A stretch of DNA of 63,949 nt, the filler included, from Octopus bimaculoides (lineage: Eukaryota): NCBI RefSeq assembly GCF_001194135.2. It is 5 parts of 4 records of this genome, joined end to end, with 100 filler letters (N's around TTAATTAATTAA, not from the genome) between each part and the next. Parts side by side here need not be neighbours in the genome. Positions count along the whole stretch, not along the records: positions 1 to 31,244 come from NC_068986.1; 4 more parts are not named here. One strand, 5' to 3'. This document shows, in pieces, positions 1-12,360 of the stretch (position 1 is its first letter; every line of letters begins with the position of its first letter). Made by a program: the position numbers and the translations under genes. The notes below the pieces were generated by a model. The model made no database searches. It was not told the origin of the DNA and was given only the letters and a program-made list of their open reading frames with translations.

Positions 1-131
1 ATATTTACATTGTCAAAGGTTTTTTTTTTAAAAACTGAGATAATATTAATATATATTTAAATATATATATATATACACGCACGCACACATACACACACAT
101 AAATACATTTGTGTATATATATATACATATG

Positions 132-172
<41 letters not shown>

Positions 173-189
173 ATATATGATATAATGAA

Positions 190-528
190 GGAAATTGTTG
201 TATACAGTGCTCAGGTGCACTGCAAAAAGGAAAAAAGGGCATCAGGTGTATTGTTGGCGGATTTTCAGGAAGCATGGAAGTTTTGGAGGATACAGTGTCT
301 CGACAGCTAACAAATGATGTAATGTCTCGACAGCTAACAAATGTTTATTCCATGCTTCAGTAATTCTGAACGTGAAAAATGTTTCCGGAAGTCATGGGTG
401 CTGTGTTGTTTTCTGATTTTATAAGCATGTCCGCGAGTGTTTGTCATATGGAATTGAAAAAGGTGCCCAAGGTTGTTGTTGGAGAGGTGGTGGATAATCT
501 TGTGGGTGTTTACCAAGTCAATTGCCAT
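190..528 (-). mobile_element. CR1-type LINE, 5'-truncated 3' end (ORF2 C-terminus plus 3' UTR)
   Basis: ORF 334-528 reads DLVNTHKIIHHL...TRGHAYKIRKQHSTHDFRKHF, matching the CR1/L2 ORF2 C-terminal TRGH..K....RK.FF motif. The frame is disrupted by a 21-bp duplication (296-316/323-343). Confidence 0.75.
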
Positions 529-538
529 ACGTCAATTG

Positions 539-747
539 CAAGCCCTTCGGTATGTAAGCACCATTATCGGTGGAGAACTTATTTAAAAGTTCCCATACAT
601 TTATAAACATAATTAAGGGATCAGTAAGCGTTTGCTTCACCATATACCGAAGTTCAGAAATAGCAGCTAAAAAAGCTGTTTATAAATGTATGGGAACTTT
701 TCAATAAGTTCTCCACCGATAATGGTGCTTACATACCGAAGGGCTTG
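539..747. mobile_element. Foldback/MITE with ~70-bp terminal inverted repeats
   Basis: CAAGCCCTTCGGTATGTAAGCACCATTATCGGTGGAGAACTTATT... at 539 is mirrored at 680-747. Confidence 0.8.
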
Positions 748-1510
748 GTAAAAATTATTAATTGTTGATTTATTAATAAATTAATAAATTGATAAATCTT
801 TTCCCTTTTGATTTGTAATAATTATTCACTCCCTGATAGTAAACGCAAAGCTTCTNNNNNNNNNNNNNNNNNNNNNNNNNNNNNNNNNNNNNNNNNNNNN
901 NNNNNNNNNNNNNNNNNNNNNNNNNNNNNNNNNNNNNNNNNNNNNNNNNNNNNNNNNNNNNNNNNNNNNNNNNNNNNNNNNNNNNNNNNNNNNNNNNNNN
1001 NNNNNNNNNNNNNNNNNNNNNNNNNNNNNNNNNNNNNNNNNNNNNNNNNNNNNNNNNNNNNNNNNNNNNNNNNNNNNNNNNNNNNNNNNNNNNNNNNNNN
1101 NNNNNNNNNNNNNNNNNNNNNNNNNNNNNNNNNNNNNNNNNNNNNNNNNNNNNNNNNNNNNNNNNNNNNNNNNNNNNNNNNNNNNNNNNNNNNNNNNNNN
1201 NNNNNNNNNNNNNNNNNNNNNNNNNNNNNNNNNNNNNNNNNNNNNNNNNNNNNNNNNNNNNNNNNNNNNNNNNNNNNNNNNNNNNNNNNNNNNNNNNNNN
1301 NNNNNNNNNNNNNNNNNNNNNNNNNNNNNNNNNNNNNNNNNNNNNNNNNNNNNNNNNNNNNNNNNNNNNNNNNNNNNNNNNNNNNNNNNNNNNNNNNNNN
1401 NNNNNNNNNNNNNNNNNNNNNNNNNNNNNNNNNNNNNNNNNNNNNNNNNNNNNNNNNNNNNNNNNNNNNNNNNNNNNNNNNNNNNNNNNNNNNNNNNNNN
1501 NNNNNNNNNN

Positions 1511-1552
<42 letters not shown>

Positions 1553-1865
1553 TATAGATATATGTATCGGAAAATCAATTTGTACTTCAGTTGTATGAAA
1601 TATATTTCATTTCATATACAAAATATTTCTGTCCTTGTGTGTGTATGTGTGTTTTGAGGATTGTTTGCGCGCTTCATACGATTTTATGCGTGCATGTTGC
1701 GTATGTGAGTACATGTATATATACATGTACATGCTGATATACATATATGCGTATATACATATGTTTACATATATACATATATATATATATACTTACATAT
1801 GCTTACACACATGCGTGTATGTGTGTGCACATACACGCATGAGTGCACTCACTCACTCACTCACA

Positions 1866-1939
<74 letters not shown>

Positions 1940-2933
1940 TTTGTAATTATATGATCGTCGAATTTCCTCTCTGATTCCTATCGTGCAAGTTGTGTTATAT
2001 TCTTCATGAAAAATAGGAAAGAAAAACACCTATGAATGGTTCAGTCCATTTCATTATGAAACCATTAGATGTTCTTACATATCTCCTTTGTTAGCATGAC
2101 TTTTACATATTCCATTAGCTTTTTTTAAAGAATGGCATTCACGTTGCTGATGTAGCAACGTAACGAAACACGAATTATCTATATACACTGCACGAGCTAC
2201 CTGCAGCTGTGAGATTAAGTTACGTTATAATTGTTAGTACGAATTTTGAGCCTTGAAGATATAAGAAACTTGCCAATTGAGACTATATAGAACCGGTGAC
2301 AGAATGCGAAACATCGATCATTCGATCGGTTTCAGAAGTATGTTCAAATTGCTGTAAATCGCATTGGGGGATTGAACAACTATTCATTCATTTTTACAAT
2401 TTTTCTTCACGACTGTCTTTTGTATTCATTTTGCGCTGGTAGCAATTACAATGGATTGCAATTTAATTTATGCTGAACAAATCCTAAATTGATTAAATGT
2501 AAAAGAACTTTTACTACGTTTTACAAATATGCATAACATATACACTATGCTGTATAGCAGTCATAGACATACTGTGGCCCGTGGGACTTTCTGAATGACA
2601 CACCAACGAAGAATTACCCTGAAATTTTTTAGTTATGCTCTCCGTCTGATGATGAGCCATATCTCATGCGGCTCGCTACTCGAAAAAGGTTTTCTATGCC
2701 TGATTTAAACTCGTAGCTTCTAGAACAATCAACCAAACTGTATTTAATATTAAGATGTACAAAGGTTTTGGCTTTTATACTCACTTATAAGCAATGCTCA
2801 CCGTGAGAACACGATTCACCTAAATATATTCAATTGATTCACTCAAGTTCTTGTACACGCTTCAGATTGTAAGCATGTATTTACGCCTGTATACCTGTGT
2901 GAAAGCATAGTTGTGAGTATGTATATACATATA

Positions 2934-4132
2934 CACACACAGGCATGAGAAGTAAGTAGACTCCCCATAAAACATTGTTTTATATTTATTCTAACTTGTA
3001 AAGGTTTAAATTTTTATCAATTGACATTTTTATGTTTCAGGTTCTATATGTGACTGTTTAACCATACCATGTACAAAAGAAGCCTTAGAACTGTCTGAAT
3101 TTCAAAGAGGCCGTACTGTGGGTCATTCTGAAGGTGGACATAGCGTAAAATCGCAGAAAACCTTGGAATCCCTCTTTCTACAGTTAATAGAGTGATTGAG
3201 CAATTCACCGGAGACTCTTCTCTTTGCTGACAGGACCCTCCTCTTTGCTAAGAGAAGTATGGAGGATAATCCTCGTTGCAAGGCCTCTGACATAGCAGAG
3301 CAAGTTGATGTCAGTCTCAGAACAGCTGTCAGGTATCTCCATGAAGTTGGTTACTATGGCAGAGCAGCAAAAAGGAAGCCACTTCCTCGACCAGCCAATA
3401 TCAAGCGGAGAAAAGATTGGGTCAATGAGATGGTGGAGAGGTCACTAGAATTTTAGGACACTGTCATATTCTCTTATGAGTCCATATTTGATGTATTTCC
3501 TGAGAGTGGTCGAGTGTGGATCTGGACACTCTGTGATTAGGAATTTCATGTGAAAAGATTGCAGCCATCAATGAAGCACGGCAGCTATTCTGTGTTGGTC
3601 TTAGGGAGCAATTTGGAGCAATGGTTGATCAGAGCCGGTGGAGAGTAAGGGAAACATAAACTCTGATAAATATGTGTCCATATCACACCAACCTTCTTCA
3701 GTGGTGAAATGATTAAAGAAGACTATTTATAAAGGATAAGGCTCCTTGTCACACGGCTAAAATGATCGAAAGTTTGTTGAATAAGAATGGCATTAAAAAG
3801 CTTCCATGGCCAAGCCAGTTACCAGATATGAACCCTGTTGAACACCTCTGGGACATAATAGACAAGATACTTCATAAAAGGAACAAGAAAGCATCTTCAA
3901 AGTCAGATCTTTTGAGATTACTGCATGTAACTTGGCAAGAAATTCCGCTAGAAAATATTTTTCATCTGATCAGTAACATACTTAATAGGATCCTTGTATT
4001 GAAAAATACAAAGGGCATGTCTACTAAATATAAAATATTCCCATTATAACAATTGATTAACTTGAATGTATAAATTCAAATTTAAATTAATTTTAATTAT
4101 TAAAATGTGTCTATTTACTTCTGCCATGTGTG
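2934..4132 (+). pseudogene. Tc1-family (DD34E) transposon with decayed transposase and degenerate TIRs
   Basis: Motifs ELSEFQRGR, FSYES (FSDES), KDKAPCH and WPSQLPDMNPVEHLW; 34 residues between D and E; multiple stops and frameshifts. Imperfect ~26-bp TIRs at about 2934-2961 and 4107-4132. Confidence 0.9.
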
Positions 4133-4147
4133 CATATATACTCTTTT

Positions 4148-4480
4148 ATTTGTTTCAGTCATTTGACTGCGGCCATGCTGGAGCACCGCTTTTAGTCGAA
4201 CAAATCGAACCCAAGACTTATTCCTTGTAAGCCTAGTACTTATTCTATCGGTTACTTTTGCCGAATGGTTAAGTTACGAGGACGTAAACACACCAGCATC
4301 GGTTGTCAAGCGATGTTGGGGGACAAACACAGACACACAAACATACCAAACACACACACACACACACACGTATATATATATATATATATGTATGTATATA
4401 TATACGACGAGCTTCTTTCAGTTTCGGTCTACCAAATCCAGTTACAAAGCTATAGTAGAAGACACTTGCCCAAGGGTGTG
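4148..4480 (-). mobile_element. SINE type A (tRNA head, CCTTGGGCAAGT CORE-like box, internal CA/TA microsatellite), head missing
   Basis: Near-identical to the copies at 7966-8338 and 62505-62730. Confidence 0.85.
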
Positions 4481-5104
4481 TGTGCGTACACACACACACA
4501 CCCTCGGAATTTATTTGATGCAGAATTCCAGCGAGTTACTAACAAAGTGACACACCTCTTTCGTTTAAGTCACATATCTTGCGGTTAGTGAATATGTAAA
4601 TTAATTTATGTGTACGCATATACGTCACCGCGCGTGTGCGTGAATAATATGCGTTCATATGACTGTGCGTATGTGTTCTACGCAGAAAACTCAATGGGTC
4701 CTCAAATCCCTGCAACGTTTTACAATAGTTCACAGTATGGCTAATGTGTTCTGTCTAGAGAGTGGGGATTAATTTCCTTTGTTCTTGTCTGGAGAACCCA
4801 AGCATTATATTTTCTCTTACTTATTTCAATCTTCGTCTGTGGCCAGTGGTTCTACATCATGTTTTAGTTATGGACACTTTGATTCCTGTTTTACTCTCCT
4901 GTGCCTCCATAGTCATTCGAAGTGTATAAAAAAAACCTCATCCTACTGTATTTATATAATTAAATATTATTCGGAATAGTATAAAAGAAATTAAAATATT
5001 TTGTGTACTGTACAAGTATAAGTAATTTATTGGACAAATTTTAACAATATAATCTTATATGGACCCTCAAGGGCCATATGGACCTCAGTTGAGAGCCACT
5101 GGCT

Positions 5105-5240
5105 TAGTAGAACAAATTGATCCCGGTACATACATTTTTAAAGCCTGGTACTTATTCTGTTTGTTTTTTTTTGCCGAAACTGCTATGTTACGAGGGCGTA
5201 AACAAACCAACACCGGTTGTTAAACTGTGACGGGAGGACA
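5105..5240 (-). mobile_element. SINE type A fragment
   Basis: Matches the central part of type A (ctggtacttattct...gccgaaactgctatgttacg...ccggttgt). Confidence 0.7.
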
Positions 5241-5260
5241 AATACCAAAGTTCACACACA

Positions 5261-5307
<47 letters not shown>

Positions 5308-5577
5308 ACATACACACTCACAATGACGACTGTATCTCATTTCTCTTGAAGACATTACGCATAATCAGTAACTGCCTACAAATGACTTCAATTTACAATC
5401 TTCCCGCAACCAGATACTTTTTGCGTGAACAATACAAAATGCTGCCGGAGGAAACATTAACCTAGTACATCTATTGCCAATGCCACTGTTACTGAATACG
5501 TATCAAGGTAACAAATAATTGTAGAATATTACCGTTCAAATTTCTACCCATTGCATATATAACAGGCCTAATATAGT

Positions 5578-5745
5578 TCTTGTTTCAGTCATTTGACTGC
5601 GGTCATGCTGTGTGTGTGTGTGTGTGTGTGTACGATGGACTTCCTACAGTTTCCGTCGACCAAATTCACTCAATACGCTTAGGTCGAGCTGAGGATATAA
5701 TAGAAGATACATGCCCAAAGTGCCACCCATTGGGACTAAACCTGT
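5578..5745 (-). mobile_element. SINE type A, internally deleted
   Basis: Type A 3' end (gtttcagtcatttgactgcgg) joined through TG repeats to the 5' part. Confidence 0.7.
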
Positions 5746-5798
5746 AACGTGAAATAGATAATTCAAATAGATTTTTGTTTATTAACTCATATGTGCAA

Positions 5799-6180
5799 GG
5801 AGGCGCAATGGCCCAGTGGTTAGGGAAGCGGACTCGCGGTCATAGGATCGCGGTTTCGACTCCCAGACCGGGCGTTATCAGTGTTTATTGAGCGAAAACA
5901 CCTAAAGCTCTACGAGGCTCCGGCAGGGTATGGTGGCGAACCCTGCTGTACTCTTTCACCACAACTTTCTCTCATTCTTCTTGTTTCTGTTGTACCTGTA
6001 TTTCAAAGGGTCAGCCTTGTCACACTGTGTCTCACTGAATATCCCCGAGAACTACATTAAGGGTACACGTGTCTGTGAAGTGCTCAGCCACTTGCACGTT
6101 AATTTCACGAGCAGGCTGTTCCGTTGATCGGAACAACTGGAACCCTTGACGTCGTAAGCGATGGTGTGCCAACAACAACA
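5799..6180 (+). mobile_element. SINE type B, full length (tRNA-derived, (CAA)n tail)
   Basis: Pol III A box TGGCCCAGTGG and B box GGTTTCGACTCC; body repeated at 28241, 31345, 34540 and 36936; ends in CAACAACAAC. Possibly one of the published octopus OK/OR1/OR2 SINEs (not verified). Confidence 0.9.
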
Positions 6181-6758
6181 TAAGTGCAAACGTCCTAAAT
6201 ACATTAAGATTTCTCAGTTGGGAGAAAGAAAACAAAAGGCTAGTGATTACTTTGCATGTTTTACACTTCTCAAGTTTTACACTAGATTCCTAAATTCTAC
6301 GTCAAATCCATAGATTAAAGATTTCTATTTCCAATTAAAAACAAGATGAAAATAACATCAGAATTTCAACATCGACAGTCTTCAATTAAATGGAATTCAT
6401 TTAAATTACAAGAAAAGATAACATTGGACATTTTAGATATTGGTTATTTGGAAACAACAGATGTCAAATGTCGGGATTGACTACTGTCAATCTATTTCAT
6501 CATGAAAACAAACTTCCGGATATCTTAAAACATCTCAGATTCAAATGAATGTTTACATGTATACTTAACTTCTCCATTTTTTTTTTTCAAAATATATCGG
6601 AAAAAATTTATCTCACCTTCACCAAAAGTGGCTGTATTTTCTTGGCAGTATGGAATTAAGCAGATTCTACTCTCTTTTCTCTCTCTCTATCCCTCCCTTT
6701 CTCTATCTCTCTCTTTTTCTCTTCTTCTGTGTATGTATGTATACACACACACACATAT

Positions 6759-6815
<57 letters not shown>

Positions 6816-7425
6816 TCACAAGGAAAACAGCTCGTATGGTCNNNNNNNNNNNNNNNNNNNNNNNNNNNNNNNNNNNNNNNNNNNNNNNNNNNNNNNNNNN
6901 NNNNNNNNNNNNNNNNNNNNNNNNNNNNNNNNNNNNNNNNNNNNNNNNNNNNNNNNNNNNNNNNNNNNNNNNNNNNNNNNNNNNNNNNNNNNNNNNNNNN
7001 NNNNNNNNNNNNNNNNNNNNNNNNNNNNNNNNNNNNNNNNNNNNNNNNNNNNNNNNNNNNNNNNNNNNNNNNNNNNNNNNNNNNNNNNNNNNNNNNNNNN
7101 NNNNNNNNNNNNNNNNNNNNNNNNNNNNNNNNNNNNNNNNNNNNNNNNNNNNNNNNNNNNNNNNNNNNNNNNNNNNNNNNNNNNNNNNNNNNNNNNNNNN
7201 NNNNNNNNNNNNNNNNNNNNNNNNNNNNNNNNNNNNNNNNNNNNNNNNNNNNNNNNNNNNNNNNNNNNNNNNNNNNNNNNNNNNNNNNNNNNNNNNNNNN
7301 NNNNNNNNNNNNNNNNNNNNNNNNNNNNNNNNNNNNNNNNNNNNNNNNNNNNNNNNNNNNNNNNNNNNNNNNNNNNNNNNNNNNNNNNNNNNNNNNNNNN
7401 NNNNNNNNNNNNNNNNNNNNNNNNN

Positions 7426-7484
<59 letters not shown>

Positions 7485-7965
7485 ATGCATGTATGTGATA
7501 TATTGGTCTAGGTTTATTCATTTCAGTTATAACAACATTGGTATTATAGAACTAATTAACCATTATTAATATCTAAACAAATCTTTGTTTCAAAGAAGTA
7601 ATTTAATTTTAGTTACAAGACCATAACATCTCGAAGTGTTTCATGTGTTTCAGTAAGATATTTTCAAACTTTAAATTCTAAATTAATTAAGACTAAAATG
7701 TTATGGAAATATGTGCAGAAATTGGTGACGCAAAAACAAAAATAAATCTAATTGTAAGGAAATTAATTAAAATAATTAACCATAGCGATTTGTATTTGTT
7801 ATAAATGAAATCAATAGACCTGGATCTCTCTCTGTCTTTCTCTTTCTCACACACACATACACACATTCAAACAAACATGCACACATACAGGCATACAAAC
7901 AAAGATAAATATACATATGTATATATGCATAATATATATATATATATTCTCTTTTTACTCTTTTA

Positions 7966-8338
7966 TTTGTTTCAGTCATTTGACTGTGGCCATTCTGGAG
8001 CACCGCCCCTAGTCGAGCAAATCGACCCCAGGACCCATTCTTTGTAAGCCTAGTACTTATTCTATCGGTCTCTTTCGCCGAACCGCTTGGTGACGGGGAC
8101 ATAAACACACCAGCATCGGTTGTCAAGCGATGTTGGGGGGACACAGACACACAAACACACACAAATATATATATACATATACATATATACGACGGGCTTC
8201 TTTCAGTTTCCGTCTACCAAATCCACTCACAAGGCTTTGGTCGGCCCGAGGCTATAGTAGAAGACACTTGCACAAGATGCCACGCAGTGGGACTGAACCC
8301 GGAACTATGTGGCTGGTAAGCAAGCTACTTACCACACA
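7966..8338 (-). mobile_element. SINE type A, near full length
   Basis: Minus strand TGTGTGGTAAGTAGCTTG...GGTTCAGTCCCACTGCGTGGCATCTTGTGCAAGTGTC through to the ACTGAAACAAATAAAAGAG tail. Confidence 0.9.
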
Positions 8339-8794
8339 NNNNNNNNNNNNNNNNNNNNNNNNNNNNNNNNNNNNNNNNNNNNNNNNNNNNNNNNNNNNNN
8401 NNNNNNNNNNNNNNNNNNNNNNNNNNNNNNNNNNNNNNNNNNNNNNNNNNNNNNNNNNNNNNNNNNNNNNNNNNNNNNNNNNNNNNNNNNNNNNNNNNNN
8501 NNNNNNNNNNNNNNNNNNNNNNNNNNNNNNNNNNNNNNNNNNNNNNNNNNNNNNNNNNNNNNNNTATATATAATGCACATATATTATATATATGTATAAT
8601 ACACACACAAATATGTTATATATATATATAATATAATATAGTCCAAGAGAGTTAGGGGTTGAGAATCCAACCCACTAAGGGATAGTATCTATCCAATATA
8701 CTGCTGGGAGGGTACCCAATTATTGTTACTCTAGTGTTATACCAAGTGCAAGAAGTGGGTGCGGGTAAAAGTGTTTTTTTTAACCCTAAATGTA

Positions 8795-9184
8795 TATAGC
8801 AATAAGAAAATGGAGGGAAATATGAGGTACTCATCAACTTGCAGACACTGTATTCCGTTGATTAATCTGTTTATTTTATAACAAAAATATAAAAAAAGAC
8901 AGTATACAGACACTTATGACATACCATGTCATATCAACAATTAAGATTTCAATTTTAACGGACATCTACCAATTGGAGAAGGGACAAAATCTTACAGCTG
9001 TTTTTTATATACATTTTGTATACTTTTTGTATGTTTTTATATGCCTTATATTTATATATTTTTATTTTTTTATTTTGTATTTTTATTAATTATTTGGTCA
9101 TAAAATAAACAGATTAATCAATGGAATACAGTGTCTGTAAGCTGAGGAGTACCTCATATTCCCCTCCATTTTCTTATTGTTATA
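8795..9184. repeat. Foldback element: ~94-bp inverted arms around a 200-bp AT-rich spacer, TA-flanked
   Basis: 8795-8889 is the reverse complement of 9091-9184 with scattered mismatches. Confidence 0.85.
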
Positions 9185-9689
9185 ATATAATATAATATAA
9201 TATATACATACATACATACATACTCACGCATGTATGATTTTAATCTCTATATAATACAAATATATTATGGTGCTAAACTGACGAAATCCATGGCGGTGAT
9301 TTGGGGAAATTCTAATTTACCGGACCGGATGGCATCCAATATTTGTTTTGGCTCTTTGTTCTGTAGTAAATTTGTTGAAAGGTGGGTGAGAATGCTAAAT
9401 ATAGCTCGAATGAACGAGTCTGCTCTAAGCATGCACATGTAGACTGGAAAATTATACCTTAGACAGTTCACTTACTCCAGGTAGTGAAGCTGATCCAGGA
9501 CGTATGGGATTCTTTGATTAACTCCATGTTTCTCTAAATTGGAAATTTCCTTTCGTATCGCTCTTATTTTTGTTACCTTCTGGTTTACAAGCTTTTCTAT
9601 GTGATTTCCCACTGTTGTTGTACTCTACCCTGCTCTTTGTATAATATTTTCTTCTTTGTAGCCCTTGCTCAAATAAAGGAAACGTTAGC

Positions 9690-9870
9690 TGGCCGAATCA
9701 TTAGAGCGCAGCGTTCAAAATGCTTAACAGCATTTTGTCCATCTTCATGTTTCGAATTCAAATTTCATTGAGGTTGACTTTGCTTTTCATCTGTTCCGCA
9801 TCGATAAAGTAACTGGGGTTGATGTTATTGACAAGCCTTGTGTCTATAATAGAAAGTATTATTTGTATTT
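9690..9870 (+). mobile_element. SINE type C, old copy
   Basis: gctggccgaatcattagagcg...ttcaaatttcattgaggttgactttgcttttcatc matches type C. Confidence 0.65.
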
Positions 9871-10057
9871 TACTTCGTAGAGCTCTCGATTTTACTTGCC
9901 CCGGTTAATTCTGTAACAGCAGACACCAATCTGTTGTCAAAGGCCTCACTGGGTCTCTTCCTACGATACATAATACCCAAATGCCAATTTCAAAATCCAG
10001 GCTGTCCCCAATAGAGCAGTTTCTGGAGCATATTCTACTCTCATGTTAATTCCAATT

Positions 10058-10103
10058 TCTTCTTCTTCTTCTTCTTCTTCTTCTTCTTCTTCTTGTTCTT
10101 CTT

Positions 10104-10175
<72 letters not shown>
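10058..10175. repeat. Compound (TTC)n(TAC)n microsatellite
   Basis: Direct reading. Confidence 0.95.
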
Positions 10176-10176
<1 letters not shown>

Positions 10177-10565
10177 AGGCGGCGAGTTCAACTTTACCTT
10201 TCATCTTTTCGCAGTTGATAAAATAAATACCAGCCAAGTGCTAGGGTCGATGTGATCGACTTCCTCCCCACAAATTGCAGGCCTTGTGCCTTTAGTAGAA
10301 ACACTTATTATTATTAGTGTTAGTATTAGTATTACTTAAGGTGGCAAGCTGGCAGAATCGTTAGCGCACCGGACGAAATGCTTAGCGGTATTTCGTCCGT
10401 CGTTACGTTCTGAGTTCAAATGCCACCGAGGACGACTTTACCTTTCATCTTTTCAGGGTCGATAAAATAAGTACCAGTTGAACACTGGATTCGATCTAAT
10501 CGACTCATCCTCTTCCACAAAATGTCTGCCCATGTGGCAAAATTTGAAACCGTTATTATTATTAT
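10177..10565 (+). mobile_element. Two tandem SINE type C copies (10177-10310 internally deleted; 10338-10565 full)
   Basis: GGTGGCAAGCTGGCAGAATCGTTAGC...GAGTTCAAAT...GACTTTACCTTTCATC...GGGTCGATAAAATAAGTACCAGT; each ends in an (ATT)n tail. Confidence 0.85.
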
Positions 10566-10880
10566 TGTTGTTGTTGCTGTTGTTATATTGTTGTTAGTGC
10601 TGTTATTGATGTATCAATATATCTGACACAAACATTCAAACTGAATACATTATACCATATTAGATTTGTGAAATCCCAGATGAAATGTACAGAGCGTCCA
10701 ACTCGGTCTTAAAATAAAGCACAGAAATAAGAAATTGTTTACTCAAAGTAATAGAAAACCATGAAACATTATTTATATCTGTATGTATACATATACCTCA
10801 TTACACGTACATATATACATGCATACATGTATATATATCTATTTATAAAAGAGAGAGATATGTTATATTAAATCTCAGGA

Positions 10881-10926
<46 letters not shown>

Positions 10927-10929
10927 TTC

Positions 10930-11440
10930 GGTATGTTAAACTCAATATGGAAATCATCAATACTCAGCAAGAGGACCAAAATACGATTTTACGAAAGCAA
11001 CATACATAGCAGCCTCCTCTATGGATCCGAATGTTGGAAAACAACCAAAAGTATTGAAAAGAAATTGGAAGTGCTTCAAAATAAATGTTTACGAAAAAGT
11101 TTGAAGGTCTACTGGCCGAATATGACCTCGACTAGCCGACTACACACCAAGGCTAACGTGAAACCAATAAAAGAAACTATTGAAGCAAGGAGATGGAAAT
11201 GGCTGGGTTGAGTTATTCGCTATAAACCGAACTCAACTACCAGGATTGCTTTGCAATGGGTTTCACAAGATAAAAGAAGACGTGGCCGACCAAAAGAAAC
11301 GTGGCAGAGAATAATAAAAGATCTTAAAAGCAGAGAGTTAACAATAGAGTCTAGTTAACAAGCTCTCAAGGACGCTTTCAATCTTAGCAGGTGGAATGAT
11401 CTTCCTGCCGCTTCAAGTGCCACAAGTCACAATGAGAACC
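10930..11440 (+). mobile_element. RTE-clade LINE, 5'-truncated ORF2 C-terminus
   Basis: KRTKIRFYESNIHSSLLYGSECW...QNKCLRK...RRWKWLG and later RRGRPKETW, the typical RTE post-RT region. Confidence 0.9.
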
Positions 11441-11454
11441 GAATGAATGAAGGA

Positions 11455-11835
11455 CTATATATATACGCCAGCTTAATTTTATTCGTCCTTAGTCCAAAGA
11501 CATCTGTTGTTATGTCCCGTTATTATTCCTACAGTATTTGTGTAACATTGTTCGTTTTTTTCCGTCCTTGTTTTTGTATACATTCGTTGCTTTCTTCCAA
11601 GGAATCTAATGATCTTAGCTTAGTTTTCCTTGGGGCTTGCCAGTTTGGAGCAATATCGAGAATAACCAGCCGAAATTGCAAGGATAATCCGGATCTCGAC
11701 TGAAGAAAGAAAACTCCGAATGACCTGTCCGTGTTCTCTTTGTATCGTCTATCTGGATGTTTTGACCCTTTCTTGTATCACCTAACTGTCTGGGTGTTTT
11801 GTATCCTTCTCCCATTCTGTATTATATATATATAT
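11455..11835 (+). mobile_element. TA-flanked non-coding unit, Penelope pLTR-like, with degenerate hammerhead-like motif
   Basis: Bounded by (TA)n on both sides; CTGAAGA-A-AGA-AAAC-TCC-GAAT...GTC at 11700-11729. Confidence 0.4.
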
Positions 11836-12005
11836 AAAATGAAGTATATTTGCTACTTAAATGCGGCTAACCACTAAGGGTGAATGCTACTGTAGCTTGT
11901 AGCCCCAGGAGAACACATTCTCCAGCTGGCTATTGACACACTTTCTATGCCGTATCAGTATTTGCAAAGGGAAGTTATCCTTCCCATCGTCGACCTGACG
12001 TGATA

Positions 12006-12051
12006 TGCACGAACCCGAGTTTCTGGGTATTTACCTTTCGTCAGAGCACGA
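12006..12051 (-). ncRNA. Minimal type I hammerhead-like motif (first stem I pair mismatched)
   Basis: Minus strand: gtcgtgct CTGACGA a aGGTaaatACCc a GAAAC tcgg GTT cgtgca. Confidence 0.5.
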
Positions 12052-12315
12052 CAATCACCTGTCTTCGATGCGAAGGGGTCCCAATGCAAATACATCCTTT
12101 TTCCAGTAACGAAAATTCACTGATCTCGAAAAAGTGTAAACAAGCAATAATAAATCTCTGAACGAAGTATAAACAGTAGCTGCATGACAACGTGAAGTAT
12201 ATTTGCCACTTAAATGCGGCTAACCACTAAGGGAGATCAGTGATTTTTCGTCACTGGAAAAAGGATATATATGTATTTGCATCGGGATTCCTTCGCATCG
12301 AAGACCGGTGATTGT

Positions 12316-12360
12316 CGTGCGCTGACGAAAGGTAACTACCCAGAAACTCGGGTCCGTGCG
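12316..12360 (+). ncRNA. Minimal type I hammerhead-like motif
   Basis: cgtgcg CTGACGA a aGGTaactACCc a GAAAC tcgg GTC cgtgcg; 6-bp stem I (two G-U pairs), GUC triplet, near-palindromic stem III. Confidence 0.65.

Noticed and set aside
296-343. 21-bp direct repeat as a CRISPR-like or regulatory repeat
   Set aside because: Only two units, inside a CR1 relic; a simple slippage duplication in a eukaryotic context.
2640-2700. CTGATGA...CTCGAAA as a hammerhead
   Set aside because: No stem I pairing and an implausible stem II.
5075-5101. hAT-type terminus (GTTGAGAGCCACTG)
   Set aside because: No convincing partner TIR or 8-bp TSD found.
5799-5875. tRNA-like A/B boxes here and at 31530-31599, 35040-35104 and 63190-63255
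   Set aside because: They continue into multi-copy SINE bodies with tails; these are SINE heads, not tRNA genes.
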